Assembly: GCA_003056165.1 (NCBI GenBank)
Contig: LSNR01000014.1
Span: forward strand, 6,408 to 70,407
Direction: 5' to 3'
Source: Parcubacteria group bacterium M6-OD1-3
GTDB lineage: Bacteria > Patescibacteriota > Minisyncoccia > Moranbacterales > UBA9337
DNA length: 64,000 nt
Below, piece after piece: positions 1 to 9,788 of this stretch; the first letter of the stretch is position 1, and each line of letters opens with the position of its first letter. The position numbers and the translations under genes were made by a program. The notes beneath the pieces were generated by a model. The model was not told where the DNA came from. It saw only the letters and a program-made list of their open reading frames with translations, and searched no databases.

Positions 1-236
1 TTTGCCCCAATTTCGTAGGTGTGTATGTAAAGTGTAGTTTAGAAGAATGCAAAAGAAGAGATGTCAAGGGAATGTATGCAAAAGCGGAAAGAGGAGAAAT
101 AGGGGATTTTACTGGAATAAATGATCCATATGAAAAACCGAGCAGAGCAGAGGTTGTAATTGACACAGAAAAAGGAAATATAAAAAACAGTCTGAAAAAA
201 CTAAAAAAGTTATTAGGTCAGTCAATTAAAGATTAA
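1..236 (+). CDS. cysC: Adenylyl-sulfate (APS) kinase, C-terminal part (5' truncated by window)
   Basis: YVKCSLEECKRRDVKGMYAKA..GEI.DFTGINDPYEKP is the CysC C-terminal signature; frame open to the window edge. Confidence 0.9.
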   Translation, partial: CPNFVGVYVKCSLEECKRRDVKGMYAKAERGEIGDFTGINDPYEKPSRAEVVIDTEKGNIKNSLKKLKKLLGQSIKD

Positions 237-970
237 TTATAGTTGTATGTATCGATGATGTTTCTTAAGTGATTCTCTATTAGTGTTATTTGTTCTTTTG
301 TTAAATCTTCTTTATAGCTATCAATAGAGCCCTTTCTGAAGGCTCCTTTTATAACTACTTTTGTTTTATTATTATTTTCCGAGATGGCATTGTCTATTTC
401 TACTTGAGAAGTTGTTACTTTTAAAAACCTTAATATTTTCTCTATTTCTTTTGTTGCGTTTGTATGCAAATCTTCATATTTTATGCAATGGATATTTGGA
501 TGTGACAAAAAAGGATATATCGCATCCATATATTGTTTGTATTTTTTAATTGCGTCATCCAATGAGTTGGCAAAATTAAAAAAAGTTGAATGAATCATTG
601 ATGATATTACAGCCCTTGGATCCCGTTGAATATATATAATTTTAGCGTTTGGAAATAGTTTTAAAATTTTATCAATGTGTAAAATATGTAGGGGTGTTTT
701 TTCTATCAATATTTTGTTGGGGAATTTTTTTTGTTTTTCTTCTATAACTTTTTTTATCGTAGTGTTGTCGTAATTTATAAATGCTCCGGTTTCAGATGTT
801 TTAAATTTGCCATTGTGGCTAATTTTGATTGTGGGTTCAAAATCTTCCTTAAGTAATGGTACTATGTTAGAAAAAGATGTTAACAGTCCCCAAAGCCAAG
901 TTGTTCCACTTCGAGGAGCACCAATTATAAAAACGGGAGATTTGTTTTTTTTAAATATTTTTAAAAACAT
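233..970 (-). CDS. Sulfotransferase family protein
   Basis: PAPS-binding loop IIGAPRSGTT, EKTP, RDPRAVISS, YEDL, RKG..DSYK. Confidence 0.9.
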   Translation of the reverse strand: MFLKIFKKNKSPVFIIGAPRSGTTWLWGLLTSFSNIVPLLKEDFEPTIKISHNGKFKTSETGAFINYDNTTIKKVIEEKQKKFPNKILIEKTPLHILHIDKILKLFPNAKIIYIQRDPRAVISSMIHSTFFNFANSLDDAIKKYKQYMDAIYPFLSHPNIHCIKYEDLHTNATKEIEKILRFLKVTTSQVEIDNAISENNNKTKVVIKGAFRKGSIDSYKEDLTKEQITLIENHLRNIIDTYNYN

Positions 971-1052
971 AGCTAAACTGATTATGCCTCGTATAGTATT
1001 TTAACTGTATTAAACAAAGTATAACACACTATTTTTTTTTGCAATAGTATGT

Positions 1053-1090
1053 TTCAGGGCTTATTTGCTAGCTAGCAAATAAGCCCTGAA
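1053..1090. repeat. 38-bp perfect loopless palindrome
   Basis: ttcagggcttatttgctag|ctagcaaataagccctgaa. Confidence 0.9.
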
Positions 1091-1202
1091 TGTACAGTAG
1101 ATATTATTATTCATTACTTAAGAACTGCCACTCTTTTTTGTACGATGAAAAAATACAAAGCAGTCCAATGTCCGAATTTTTTTCCGGTTAAACCTATTTT
1201 TC

Positions 1203-1242
1203 AAAAAAATAGGCAGGTCGCACATTGTGCATACCTGCCTAT
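1203..1242 (-). terminator. Rho-independent terminator of the 1257..2561 gene
   Basis: ataggcaggt...acctgcctat stem, followed on the minus strand by T7. Confidence 0.75.
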
Positions 1243-1256
1243 AAAATAGATTGAGG

Positions 1257-2561
1257 TCAATAAAGATCATAGCTTGTGTTAAGCCAAATCTTCTCTGACT
1301 TAAACGGTGCTGTGTCGCCTGAACCATTTGGTTCATATTTAAATACGACGAAGTTTCCTGTGGAATGTTGGGCATGGATGCCAAACTCTATCTTTTTGTT
1401 ATTGAAAATATCAAAGTCTTTAACCAGGACATAATCAAATGCTCCAGCTGTGAAATACTGGACAACTTCATTCACAAAAGATGTTCCAGTTGATTTGAAA
1501 GCGGAAAATGCTCCACCAGTGAAGTTGAAAAACATTAGATCAACCTTCTTATCCCCATTATAATCAATAGCCTCTGGATAGGCATCAGAACTGCCTCCTT
1601 GACACCACACGCCTCTATTTCTCCATGTGGTGCCGTCCGATTCCCAAACAACTAAGTTTTTTGTACTAGAAGCATATAGTGCCAAATCTTCATATCCATT
1701 CCCTGTGAAATCTCCAGTAAGACTTTTCTGGAAAATATTGTTTCCAGAAAATGTTCCAAATCCTCCATTAGGAATTGATGTAGAATTAAAACTACTTCCA
1801 TTATTGAGAAAAACCTTAATAATGCCGTTCGTATAGTCGATAACGGCGATGTCGTCTTTCGCTCTGTCGCCTCCGGTTTCGTCCGCCTTATTAAAGTTTA
1901 AAGCAATAATATCGTCGATATTTTGCATATCGACTGATACTAGCCACTCTTGTTTCGGCAGAAATGATCCGACAAAGGTTGAACTATCTTGAGGTATTAC
2001 CCAAACTTTCCCAGTTGTTTTACCGATAACTACAAACTCCTCATATGAAGAGCTGAACCTTCCTGATGCAAATATTACTGGCTCATCAAAGATATAGTCT
2101 TTGTTTGCAACAATATTTTCCAAGTAATTTGTATCGGTAATGCTCAGGTTTCGAGCACTCTTGAGAGACAGCGTTGTCTCACTTGTTTGCGTTTCAATCA
2201 GAGCTGGCACAAGAGTTATCTCATTTGAAGAACCAGATTCTTCACCATTTGTATTGTAGCTTTTTATGACGCAGTAACAATTTTTTTCCGTTGCTGTGTC
2301 TAATGTGACGGAAATAGTGTACTCGATATTGGACATATCGGTTATATTTCCTGTCGGAATATCTAAGGGATTACCCCCCGTGATGTCTATTCCTGTATAT
2401 GGTCCACCACGAGTTTTTCCACAGTACACTTTGAAACCTTCAACTCCTGTGGTACTGCTTATGTCCCATTGGAACGATACATCGATTGTTTTTAGTTCTG
2501 CAAATGAATTTGTTGCAGAAAGAAAAAGAATGAATGTTGCGATGATGATCAGTGTTCTCAT
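1257..2561 (-). CDS. Secreted protein with fibronectin-III-like domain and FG-GAP/VCBS-like repeats
   Basis: Signal peptide; W....GVEGFKVYCG...Y, Y.VIKSYN..GEES.SN (Fn3-like); GDFTGNGYEDL and DYNGDKKVDL repeats; GGAGG RBS. Confidence 0.75.
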   Translation of the reverse strand: MRTLIIIATFILFLSATNSFAELKTIDVSFQWDISSTTGVEGFKVYCGKTRGGPYTGIDITGGNPLDIPTGNITDMSNIEYTISVTLDTATEKNCYCVIKSYNTNGEESGSSNEITLVPALIETQTSETTLSLKSARNLSITDTNYLENIVANKDYIFDEPVIFASGRFSSSYEEFVVIGKTTGKVWVIPQDSSTFVGSFLPKQEWLVSVDMQNIDDIIALNFNKADETGGDRAKDDIAVIDYTNGIIKVFLNNGSSFNSTSIPNGGFGTFSGNNIFQKSLTGDFTGNGYEDLALYASSTKNLVVWESDGTTWRNRGVWCQGGSSDAYPEAIDYNGDKKVDLMFFNFTGGAFSAFKSTGTSFVNEVVQYFTAGAFDYVLVKDFDIFNNKKIEFGIHAQHSTGNFVVFKYEPNGSGDTAPFKSEKIWLNTSYDLY

Positions 2562-2691
2562 TTTGTCCTCCTAGTATTATTTTTTGTCAAGATGCTGGTT
2601 GTTGTAAATATAACAAAGAATGTTTTATTTTACAATACCTTGCTTATTTAGTATAATTAAATCATTGAAAAATATAGCATAAATAACTCAT

Positions 2692-3984
2692 ATGAATATA
2701 TTAATAACAAATCATCATTTGCACGATTTTGCTGGTTCGGAATTATTTACTTTCAATTTGGCTATAGAATTAAGGAAAAGAGGTCATCATATTTTTTGTT
2801 TTTCTCCATTGCTGGGTAATATTGCTGATAAAATTAAAGAAAATGGAATAACTGTAATAGATAATATTCGTGATATTGAAAATAAAAAAATAGACATCAT
2901 TCATGCTCAACATAATACGACAGCAATTCTCGCCAGATCAATTTTCCCCAATGTTCCGATTGTTTTTACAGTGCATGGTATTCTACCAGAGTTGGAACAG
3001 CCACCATCTATTGATTTAGATATTGCCAAATTTGCGGTTATTAGTGAGGAAATTAAAGATTATTTGATAAATAATTATTCCATAAAAAAAGAAAAAATCA
3101 GATTGATAAGAAATTTTGTTGACTTCAATCGTTTTAAGCCGACGAAAATTATAAACAAATCCCCAAAAAATCTTCTTGTTTTAAGTAACCACTACATAGA
3201 CAAGACAAAAAACATCATAGAGAATGCCTGTAATGAGTTTAATATAAAATTTGAACATATCGGTTTACCGGAAAATTCGGTTGAAAATGTTGAGGATTAT
3301 ATAAACAATGTGGATATCGTAGTTACTCTGGGGCGAGGAGCTATTGAGGCTATGGCTTGTGAGAGGAATGTGATTGTATATGACATGCATGGAGGAGATG
3401 GTTATATTGATGAAGATAATTTTTTTGAAATTAGAAAAAATAATTTTTCCGGCAGAAGATTTAAAAAAGAATATTCGGTGGAGGATTTTAAAAAAGAAAT
3501 TTTAAAATATAATCCATTAACTGCCAAAAAATTAAGGGAAATTGTGTTAAAAGAGAATTCGGTAAAAAATATTGTTGATAATCTAGAATCAATTTATAAG
3601 GAAGTTTTGAAAACTGGAAAACAAATAAATTCTCAAATAAAACGGGGGGAACTTTTTTTGGAGATTCATTTTTTGGAGCAACTTTTCGCTAGAAACAATA
3701 AAGAGAAAATAAAACAGATGAATGAATCCAATCGATTAATTGAAGTGAGGGATAATGAGATAAATAAATTAAATCAAATAATCCAGCAGAAAAATTTGGA
3801 AATTCAAAAAAATGGTCAAATAGCCGATTTAGACCAAATAATTAAACAATTAAATGAAGAAAATAAAAAATTGAATTATGTGATTCAGCAAAAAGAACAA
3901 GAAATTGAAAATATGAAAAAGTCTAAATTTTGGAAATTGAGAAATAAATATTTGAAATTGAAAAAATATGCAAAAAGAAAATAG
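2692..3984 (+). CDS. Glycosyltransferase (GT-B/GT4-like) with C-terminal coiled coil
   Basis: MNILITN..AGSE, DIIHAQH, EAMAC; heptad-rich tail ending SKFWKLR. Confidence 0.85.
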   Translation: MNILITNHHLHDFAGSELFTFNLAIELRKRGHHIFCFSPLLGNIADKIKENGITVIDNIRDIENKKIDIIHAQHNTTAILARSIFPNVPIVFTVHGILPELEQPPSIDLDIAKFAVISEEIKDYLINNYSIKKEKIRLIRNFVDFNRFKPTKIINKSPKNLLVLSNHYIDKTKNIIENACNEFNIKFEHIGLPENSVENVEDYINNVDIVVTLGRGAIEAMACERNVIVYDMHGGDGYIDEDNFFEIRKNNFSGRRFKKEYSVEDFKKEILKYNPLTAKKLREIVLKENSVKNIVDNLESIYKEVLKTGKQINSQIKRGELFLEIHFLEQLFARNNKEKIKQMNESNRLIEVRDNEINKLNQIIQQKNLEIQKNGQIADLDQIIKQLNEENKKLNYVIQQKEQEIENMKKSKFWKLRNKYLKLKKYAKRK

Positions 3985-4002
3985 AAAATACATATTGGTT
4001 TT

Positions 4003-6348
4003 TTGACTGAAAGAATGTTACGTGGTTTTGGTGTTGATGTTGTAGTTGATAAAACCGCTAGAGAGTTAGTGAAAAATGGTTTCAGAGTAACGGTTTTTTG
4101 TATTAATGCAGATGGAAACTTTAATAATGATGAATATCAAATTGTGCAAGTTAAGTCATCACTGCATCATAATCCGTTTAAAACTGAACGAAGTGCGAAA
4201 AAGGCCTTGGAAAGATTAAATATTGAGGAAGATATTGATATTTGGATTGCAGAAACATATCCATTTTTTATGGCAACACAAATAATGGATAGGCCGGTTA
4301 TTGTAATTGATCATGGAGTAGCACAAACAAAAGGATTTAATATTATTAGACGAATTATTTTTGCTTATATAAAATTTGCTCATAATTATATCTACTTTAA
4401 AAAAGCAGATAGGTTAGTACATATATCAAAGTTTATTCGCTCTCTCACGCCAACTTTTTTAAGAAAAAAACAGTTGGTAGTTTATAATGGAGCTGATAAT
4501 TATAAGCACCCTACAAAAGACGAGATTTTAAGATTTAAAATGAAAAATAACATCAAAAATGATGATAAGATATTACTTTATGTAGGGAGAATAAATTCTA
4601 ATGATCAACCCTATAAAGGAACTGAGGAATTAGTCGGTGTTTTCAAAAAATTAAGAAAGAAATATCCAAGTTTAAAATTAATTATGGCTGGTTTCGGCAA
4701 TAAGAAAGATGGTATGTGGTTGAAAAGTGCAGGCATAATTCCGTTTTTAAATGCTGACGATAAGGACATTGCATTATTGTATTCAATAACTGATTGTTAT
4801 GTAACAGCATCAAAGTGGGAGGGATTTAATTTGCCATTAGTGGAGGCTGGACACTTTAGTGTCCCTTATGTTGCATATAACATTGGTGCCCATAAGGAGG
4901 TTGTAAATGATAAGTCTGGTTTTTTGGTTAATACTAAGAAAGATTTTATTTCTAGTATAGAAAAAATTATTTCAAATGAGAATTTAAGAAATAATATGTC
5001 TGAAAATGCCAGAAAAAATGCTGAAAGATTTATGTGGAAAAAAACGGGTTTGCGTTATAGTAATCTTATAAAAGAAGTTGTTGGTAAAAATAAGAAAAAA
5101 TATTCACAATATGATAAAGGAATGGTTGATATTATCACGCTTAATTATAATGGAAAAAAACACTTGAAACCATTATTTAATTCTTTGAAGGAACAAACAT
5201 ACGAGAATATACGAGTTACTATGGTTGATAATGGATCGAGCGATGGTTCATGTGAGTATGTTAAAAAAGAATTTCCATGGGTGAATTTAATAAGATCAGA
5301 TACAAATCTTTTTTTTAGTAGAGGAAATAATCTTGCTGTTAATAAAACTAAGGGGGAATATATATTCTTTGTGAATAATGATATTGTTGTTGAACCGGAT
5401 GCTATTCAAAATCTAGTTAATACGATTAATAAAAAAGGGAAATATAATATTGCTTCAGTGGCGGCAAAAATGCTTTTATTTAATAATAGGCGAGTTTTTG
5501 ATTCAACTGGTGTGGTTATCTTAAGTAATGGCGCGCCGTTTAATCGTGGAATTGGACAGATAGATATAGGTCAATATGACAAAGTAGAAGAAATATTTGG
5601 AGCTTGTTTTGGAGCGGTTTTAATAAGGAGAAATGTTTATGAAAAGTCAGTCGGACCATTAGATAACTCGTATTTTGGATATTTTGAAGATGTCGATTGG
5701 AATTACCGTGCTAGAATTTTTGGTTATAAATCTTATTTCTGTCCAAAAGCTGTTGTTTATCATGACCATTCAGCGACAAGTAAGAAAATGGGCTATGAGT
5801 GGAAATACTACTTAATTCATAGAAATTTTTTAAAAACTATTATAAAAAACTTTCAATTTAAGCGAATGATTTTGAAGGGTGGATATAAAACACTTGAGCT
5901 AATAAATCATTTGCGAAAAACCAAAGATAGGGAAAGAAAATTATCAATATTGAAAATATTACTTCATGTAACATATTCAATGCCACTTCTAATTTTTAAA
6001 CGATTTAGAATACAAAGAAAGCGCTGTGCTCCTGATATTGAATGTGTAAAGTTTAGTCAAGGTGAGCAATCTTTTTTTGATGCTGTTAATTATAGTCCAA
6101 TATTAACATTGGATACATTGCAAGCTATGTTTGCCAGATTAGATATGATTAAAAAATTTAACAATTTTGAAATATCAGATATCGTCTCACAAATAGCTTA
6201 TTTGAATGAAAGAAAAATGATGATGAATGAAAAAAATTGGGATACTCAAACAGAAAAGCTTATAAAATCTTTAGAAAGATATATTGGAAAAAGATATGTG
6301 GATAAGTTCATAAAAGCGGTTGTAATAGATAAAATTTGGAAAAAATAG
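4003..6348 (+). CDS. Bifunctional GT4 + GT2 glycosyltransferase (true start uncertain, see findings)
   Basis: GT4 YVGRI...KG and SKWEGFNLPLVEA; GT2 VDNGSSDGS, FVNNDI, YFEDVDW. Confidence 0.9.
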   Translation: MTERMLRGFGVDVVVDKTARELVKNGFRVTVFCINADGNFNNDEYQIVQVKSSLHHNPFKTERSAKKALERLNIEEDIDIWIAETYPFFMATQIMDRPVIVIDHGVAQTKGFNIIRRIIFAYIKFAHNYIYFKKADRLVHISKFIRSLTPTFLRKKQLVVYNGADNYKHPTKDEILRFKMKNNIKNDDKILLYVGRINSNDQPYKGTEELVGVFKKLRKKYPSLKLIMAGFGNKKDGMWLKSAGIIPFLNADDKDIALLYSITDCYVTASKWEGFNLPLVEAGHFSVPYVAYNIGAHKEVVNDKSGFLVNTKKDFISSIEKIISNENLRNNMSENARKNAERFMWKKTGLRYSNLIKEVVGKNKKKYSQYDKGMVDIITLNYNGKKHLKPLFNSLKEQTYENIRVTMVDNGSSDGSCEYVKKEFPWVNLIRSDTNLFFSRGNNLAVNKTKGEYIFFVNNDIVVEPDAIQNLVNTINKKGKYNIASVAAKMLLFNNRRVFDSTGVVILSNGAPFNRGIGQIDIGQYDKVEEIFGACFGAVLIRRNVYEKSVGPLDNSYFGYFEDVDWNYRARIFGYKSYFCPKAVVYHDHSATSKKMGYEWKYYLIHRNFLKTIIKNFQFKRMILKGGYKTLELINHLRKTKDRERKLSILKILLHVTYSMPLLIFKRFRIQRKRCAPDIECVKFSQGEQSFFDAVNYSPILTLDTLQAMFARLDMIKKFNNFEISDIVSQIAYLNERKMMMNEKNWDTQTEKLIKSLERYIGKRYVDKFIKAVVIDKIWKK

Positions 6349-6387
6349 AATCTCTTAAGAAAACTTTTATTAGTTTCTATTCTTCTA

Positions 6388-7347
6388 TTAGCTTGGGACG
6401 TAATAGGCAATTCCTTCATAATCCCATGTGCCCGAAAGATTATTAATAATATTATCTCTTTCTGTTGTGCTGGTTGTATAAAAATGATTACCCTGAATTT
6501 TATTAAAAAATCTGTAGACAGCTGTAGAGTTACTTTGACTACTGGAAAATATATAGTAAGCAATTCCTTCATAATTCCAAGTAGGAAGATTGTTAATTAT
6601 ATTATCTTTTTCTGTGGAACTTGCGGTGTAAAAATGAAAACCGGTGTTGGTATTAAAAAAGCGATAAAGTGGTGTTGTATTATAAGCTTGATTCTGGTAA
6701 GCGTTGTAGGTAATTCCTTCATAATTCCATGTATTTGAAAGATTATTTATAATAGTATCTCTTTCTGTAGAGCTCATGGTGTAAAAATGGTTTCCTTGAA
6801 TTTTATTAAAAAATCTGTAGATAGAAACTTCGTGTGCATAAGTAACAGTTGCTCCAGTTATTGTTCCGGGAGTAAGAGCTACTGATAATTCATCCAAAAG
6901 TTCATTGACTCTTAGGGATAAATTTGTTGTTCCAGAGGTAAATCCGGAAGTTGTTTTGGCGTGAATTGTGGCTATATGGACATCGTTTCCGTTGATACCT
7001 GTTGCATTTGCACCAGTAAACCACAAATGGCCATTAGTTATATCAGTGCTGTTAACCGTCAATGGGTCGAAAATTGAAGCATCATCCCCGACACTGACAC
7101 CTTCAGTTCCTTGAGTAGTATCAACTGTTACATAGGAAGCAGTAAAATCAAAATACATATTAAATCCGCCCAAATTTTTTCCTCCAGTATCTACATGGAC
7201 TTCAATATCGAAATTGGTGCTTGCGTCAACGTTTTGATTTGTTGGTGTAATCCAAACATCTCCCTCAGATGCTTGGGTAATACTAAAAATTCCAAGCGTT
7301 GATATTATTGATATTACAACAATTGCAATAGTGTATATCCTTTTCAT
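6388..7347 (-). CDS. Secreted cohesin-like domain protein with three C-terminal YRFFN..HFYT repeats (DUF5648-like)
   Basis: Signal peptide; beta-rich N domain; 3x YRFFN-x4-HFYT-x4-E(R/K)D-x-IINNL-x2/3-W-x-YEGI. Confidence 0.8.
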   Translation of the reverse strand: MKRIYTIAIVVISIISTLGIFSITQASEGDVWITPTNQNVDASTNFDIEVHVDTGGKNLGGFNMYFDFTASYVTVDTTQGTEGVSVGDDASIFDPLTVNSTDITNGHLWFTGANATGINGNDVHIATIHAKTTSGFTSGTTNLSLRVNELLDELSVALTPGTITGATVTYAHEVSIYRFFNKIQGNHFYTMSSTERDTIINNLSNTWNYEGITYNAYQNQAYNTTPLYRFFNTNTGFHFYTASSTEKDNIINNLPTWNYEGIAYYIFSSSQSNSTAVYRFFNKIQGNHFYTTSTTERDNIINNLSGTWDYEGIAYYVPS

Positions 7348-7512
7348 ATTTTTTGTATGTTATTTTTTTTATTGACATTTAATATTTCTATATTGTCCTT
7401 CTTGCAACATAATAACACATTAATATTATAGCATAGTTTAAATTATCTACAATTTTTTAAATACTTACAAAAATGTCATATCTTAAATTTAAAAAATTTA
7501 AGTTCAAAAAGC

Positions 7513-7541
7513 TTGAAATTTTAAATTAATAATGGTATGGT
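7513..7541 (+). promoter_or_regulatory. Sigma-70-like promoter of the activator gene
   Basis: ttgaaa-17 bp-tatggt with TG extended -10; inverted repeat cttaaattt-aaa-aaatttaag just upstream (7482-7502). Confidence 0.45.
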
Positions 7542-7597
7542 TATAGTTAATATTGAAAAAATGTAGTTCTTATAAAATAAATTTAGGAGGATGTATA

Positions 7598-9133
7598 ATG
7601 GAATTTAGTCAGTTGATGAAAGAAGTTGGAGCAGTCGGTATTCATTTTGAAAAAATGATGCCGGAGATAGAAATAAAGGCAATGACCGGTTTCCCTATTT
7701 TGATAGTTGGCGAAACCGGAACAGGAAAGGAACTTGTCGCAAAACTCATTCATAGGATGAGTAAAAGAAGCGATAAGCCTTTACAATTTGTAAATGTTCC
7801 CGCTATTAATAATGGTGTATTTGAAAGCGAACTATTTGGTCACGAAAAAGGTGCTTTCACGGATGCATCTAAAGCACGAAAGGGTGTTATTAGAGAAATT
7901 CACGGTGGAACTATCGTCTTGGATGAAATTGGCGATATGTCGCTAGAAACTCAAGCCAAAATTCTTCGCTGGCTGGAAAGTGGAGAGATTAAACCAGTTG
8001 GTTCTGATAGAGTGTTATTTGTAGATGTCAGAGTTATTGCCTCCACAAATAAAAAATTGGAGAATCTAATTGAGTCTGGTTTATTTAGACAAGACTTATA
8101 TTATAGACTAAGTTCATTGTCTATAGAAGTATCGCCTCTTAGAAAAAGTCAGGAGGCAATACTTGATCTAACAAAGTATTTTGTGGATAAAAATAAGAAA
8201 CATTTCGTTGATTTTCGTGGGAATTCCCTAGATGATCCGAGCGGAAGTGAACTCGCTAAGTTATTTAGCGAGTTGATTGAAGCAAATGCTCATTGTTCTA
8301 ATTTCTTATCTGGTAATGCCAGGGAATTGGAAAGTGTGGTGAAAGAATGGCTATTCAAGAGAGCTCTTAACTATAATAAAGAGAAAAATGCAGAAAGTCT
8401 TTTATCTACATATTATCTTGATAATAATAGTAGGTCTTCATCGAAACCAGAGTCGTCAAATGATGATAATACTAAAGTCTGTTGTGCAGATGAAGAGTCT
8501 GCTCTTGTAACTAATATTCGCAAAGCACTTATTTTATGTAAATGGAATACGAAAAATGCAGCTATATTACTGGAGTGTTCTGAAGAAGAGTTGCAAAAAA
8601 TAATCGAGGATAATAACATTTTTGTTGAGGAGGGAGATAATTATTCCATTAGCAGAGAGGATGTGAAACCAATCAAATCTTTCTCAACAGATAATCAACA
8701 TCAAATAGATGTCTTTCAAAATGCTAGCTGGCTGAAAAAAATCAACTGCAATTTTGCTGCACCCTCCAATAATGAATTGAAGGAGATCCATGATATTTTA
8801 GAGCGGAAAATTGCAGAGGTGGAGAAAGAAGTCTTTCAGATGGCAATTAACCATTTTAATGGTAATCTAAGAAAGGCTACAAGAAGCTTGGGAATAGGAG
8901 ATAAAAGGTTGAAGGCAGGACTGGAAAAATATAACATTTCTGCGGTTTCAGGTGTTCAATTGGAGGCTAATCCTGGTCCGCTAAACGAAATTCTTCTTAC
9001 TGAGGAGAACAAGTTGATTAAATTTCTTTTGATAAAAAATATGACAGCCAAAAATATTGCAAAAATTCTTGGTTATCACATTAATGCGGTTTATTGTAGG
9101 ATAAAGAGATATAATCTTAAGGAGGAAGAGTAG
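7598..9133 (+). CDS. Sigma-54 interaction (bEBP-type AAA+) transcriptional regulator, no N-terminal sensor, several Fis-like HTHs
   Basis: GETGTGKE, FESELFGHEKGAFTDA, LDEIGDM, FRQDLYYRL, GNAREL; AGGAGG RBS before ATG 7598. Confidence 0.9.
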   Translation: MEFSQLMKEVGAVGIHFEKMMPEIEIKAMTGFPILIVGETGTGKELVAKLIHRMSKRSDKPLQFVNVPAINNGVFESELFGHEKGAFTDASKARKGVIREIHGGTIVLDEIGDMSLETQAKILRWLESGEIKPVGSDRVLFVDVRVIASTNKKLENLIESGLFRQDLYYRLSSLSIEVSPLRKSQEAILDLTKYFVDKNKKHFVDFRGNSLDDPSGSELAKLFSELIEANAHCSNFLSGNARELESVVKEWLFKRALNYNKEKNAESLLSTYYLDNNSRSSSKPESSNDDNTKVCCADEESALVTNIRKALILCKWNTKNAAILLECSEEELQKIIEDNNIFVEEGDNYSISREDVKPIKSFSTDNQHQIDVFQNASWLKKINCNFAAPSNNELKEIHDILERKIAEVEKEVFQMAINHFNGNLRKATRSLGIGDKRLKAGLEKYNISAVSGVQLEANPGPLNEILLTEENKLIKFLLIKNMTAKNIAKILGYHINAVYCRIKRYNLKEEE

Positions 9134-9160
9134 TATTCTCTTGCTGAGTATAATAAAAAC

Positions 9161-9198
9161 AAAAGGGTTAAACTGTTAAGTCAGTTTAGTCCTTTTTT
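9161..9198 (+). terminator. Terminator after the activator gene
   Basis: aaaagggttaaactg...cagtttagtcctttttt. Confidence 0.65.
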
Positions 9199-9254
9199 AA
9201 TTTCAAAATATAAAATGATGCAAAGGATAATACTAGATAATAGTTGGCAAAAAT

Positions 9255-9280
9255 AAAACCGCTATAAATAGCGGTTTTTT
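9255..9280. terminator. Bidirectional terminator downstream of rpmE
   Basis: aaaaccgcta-taaa-tagcggtttt. Confidence 0.75.
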
Positions 9281-9332
9281 GCAAATATTTTAACAACAAC
9301 TGTAAACATTTTGATAGTGTGGTTGTGCGAAA

Positions 9333-9644
9333 TTATTTTGCAGTTTTTTTAATTGAGCTAAGATTTTTTTTAGCGGAAGATTTGAGTACTTTAGTTTTTT
9401 TGACCGGTTTAGCTGATTTTTTTAAAGCTTTCCTTACTTTGTCCGATTTTTCAGTAATTTTTTGGAAGCGTTCCATTCGTCCAGCTGTGTCAATTACTTT
9501 TTTATCTCCAGTGAAGTACGGGTGACACATTGAGCAAATTTCTGTCTCAATTTTTTCTTGTGTAGATCCAGTTTCAAGAACTGCTCCGCAAGCACATTTA
9601 ATTTTTGCTTTTGGATAATAATTCGGATGAGTATCTTTTTTCAT
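9333..9644 (-). CDS. rpmE: 50S ribosomal protein L31 with Lys-rich tail
   Basis: MKKDTHPNY, CACG, EICSMCHPYFTG, DTAGRMERF. Confidence 0.97.
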   Translation of the reverse strand: MKKDTHPNYYPKAKIKCACGAVLETGSTQEKIETEICSMCHPYFTGDKKVIDTAGRMERFQKITEKSDKVRKALKKSAKPVKKTKVLKSSAKKNLSSIKKTAK

Positions 9645-9719
9645 AGTATTTTTGAATTACAATTTTTTATAATATATATTCCTTAATCAATGGAGAAATA
9701 CTAGCACATAAAAAAATAA

Positions 9720-9747
9720 TTGACAAGTGTTGCAGTTCTGATATACT
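9720..9747 (+). promoter_or_regulatory. Sigma-70 promoter for rpsB-tsf
   Basis: ttgaca-16 bp-tatact with TG extended -10. Confidence 0.6.
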
Positions 9748-9788
9748 GTTTTATGTAGTTCATATTGCTTTTGGCATATGGATTGCTC

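Noticed and set aside
6400-6825. Long direct repeats
   Set aside because: Explained by the three protein repeats of the DUF5648-like domain
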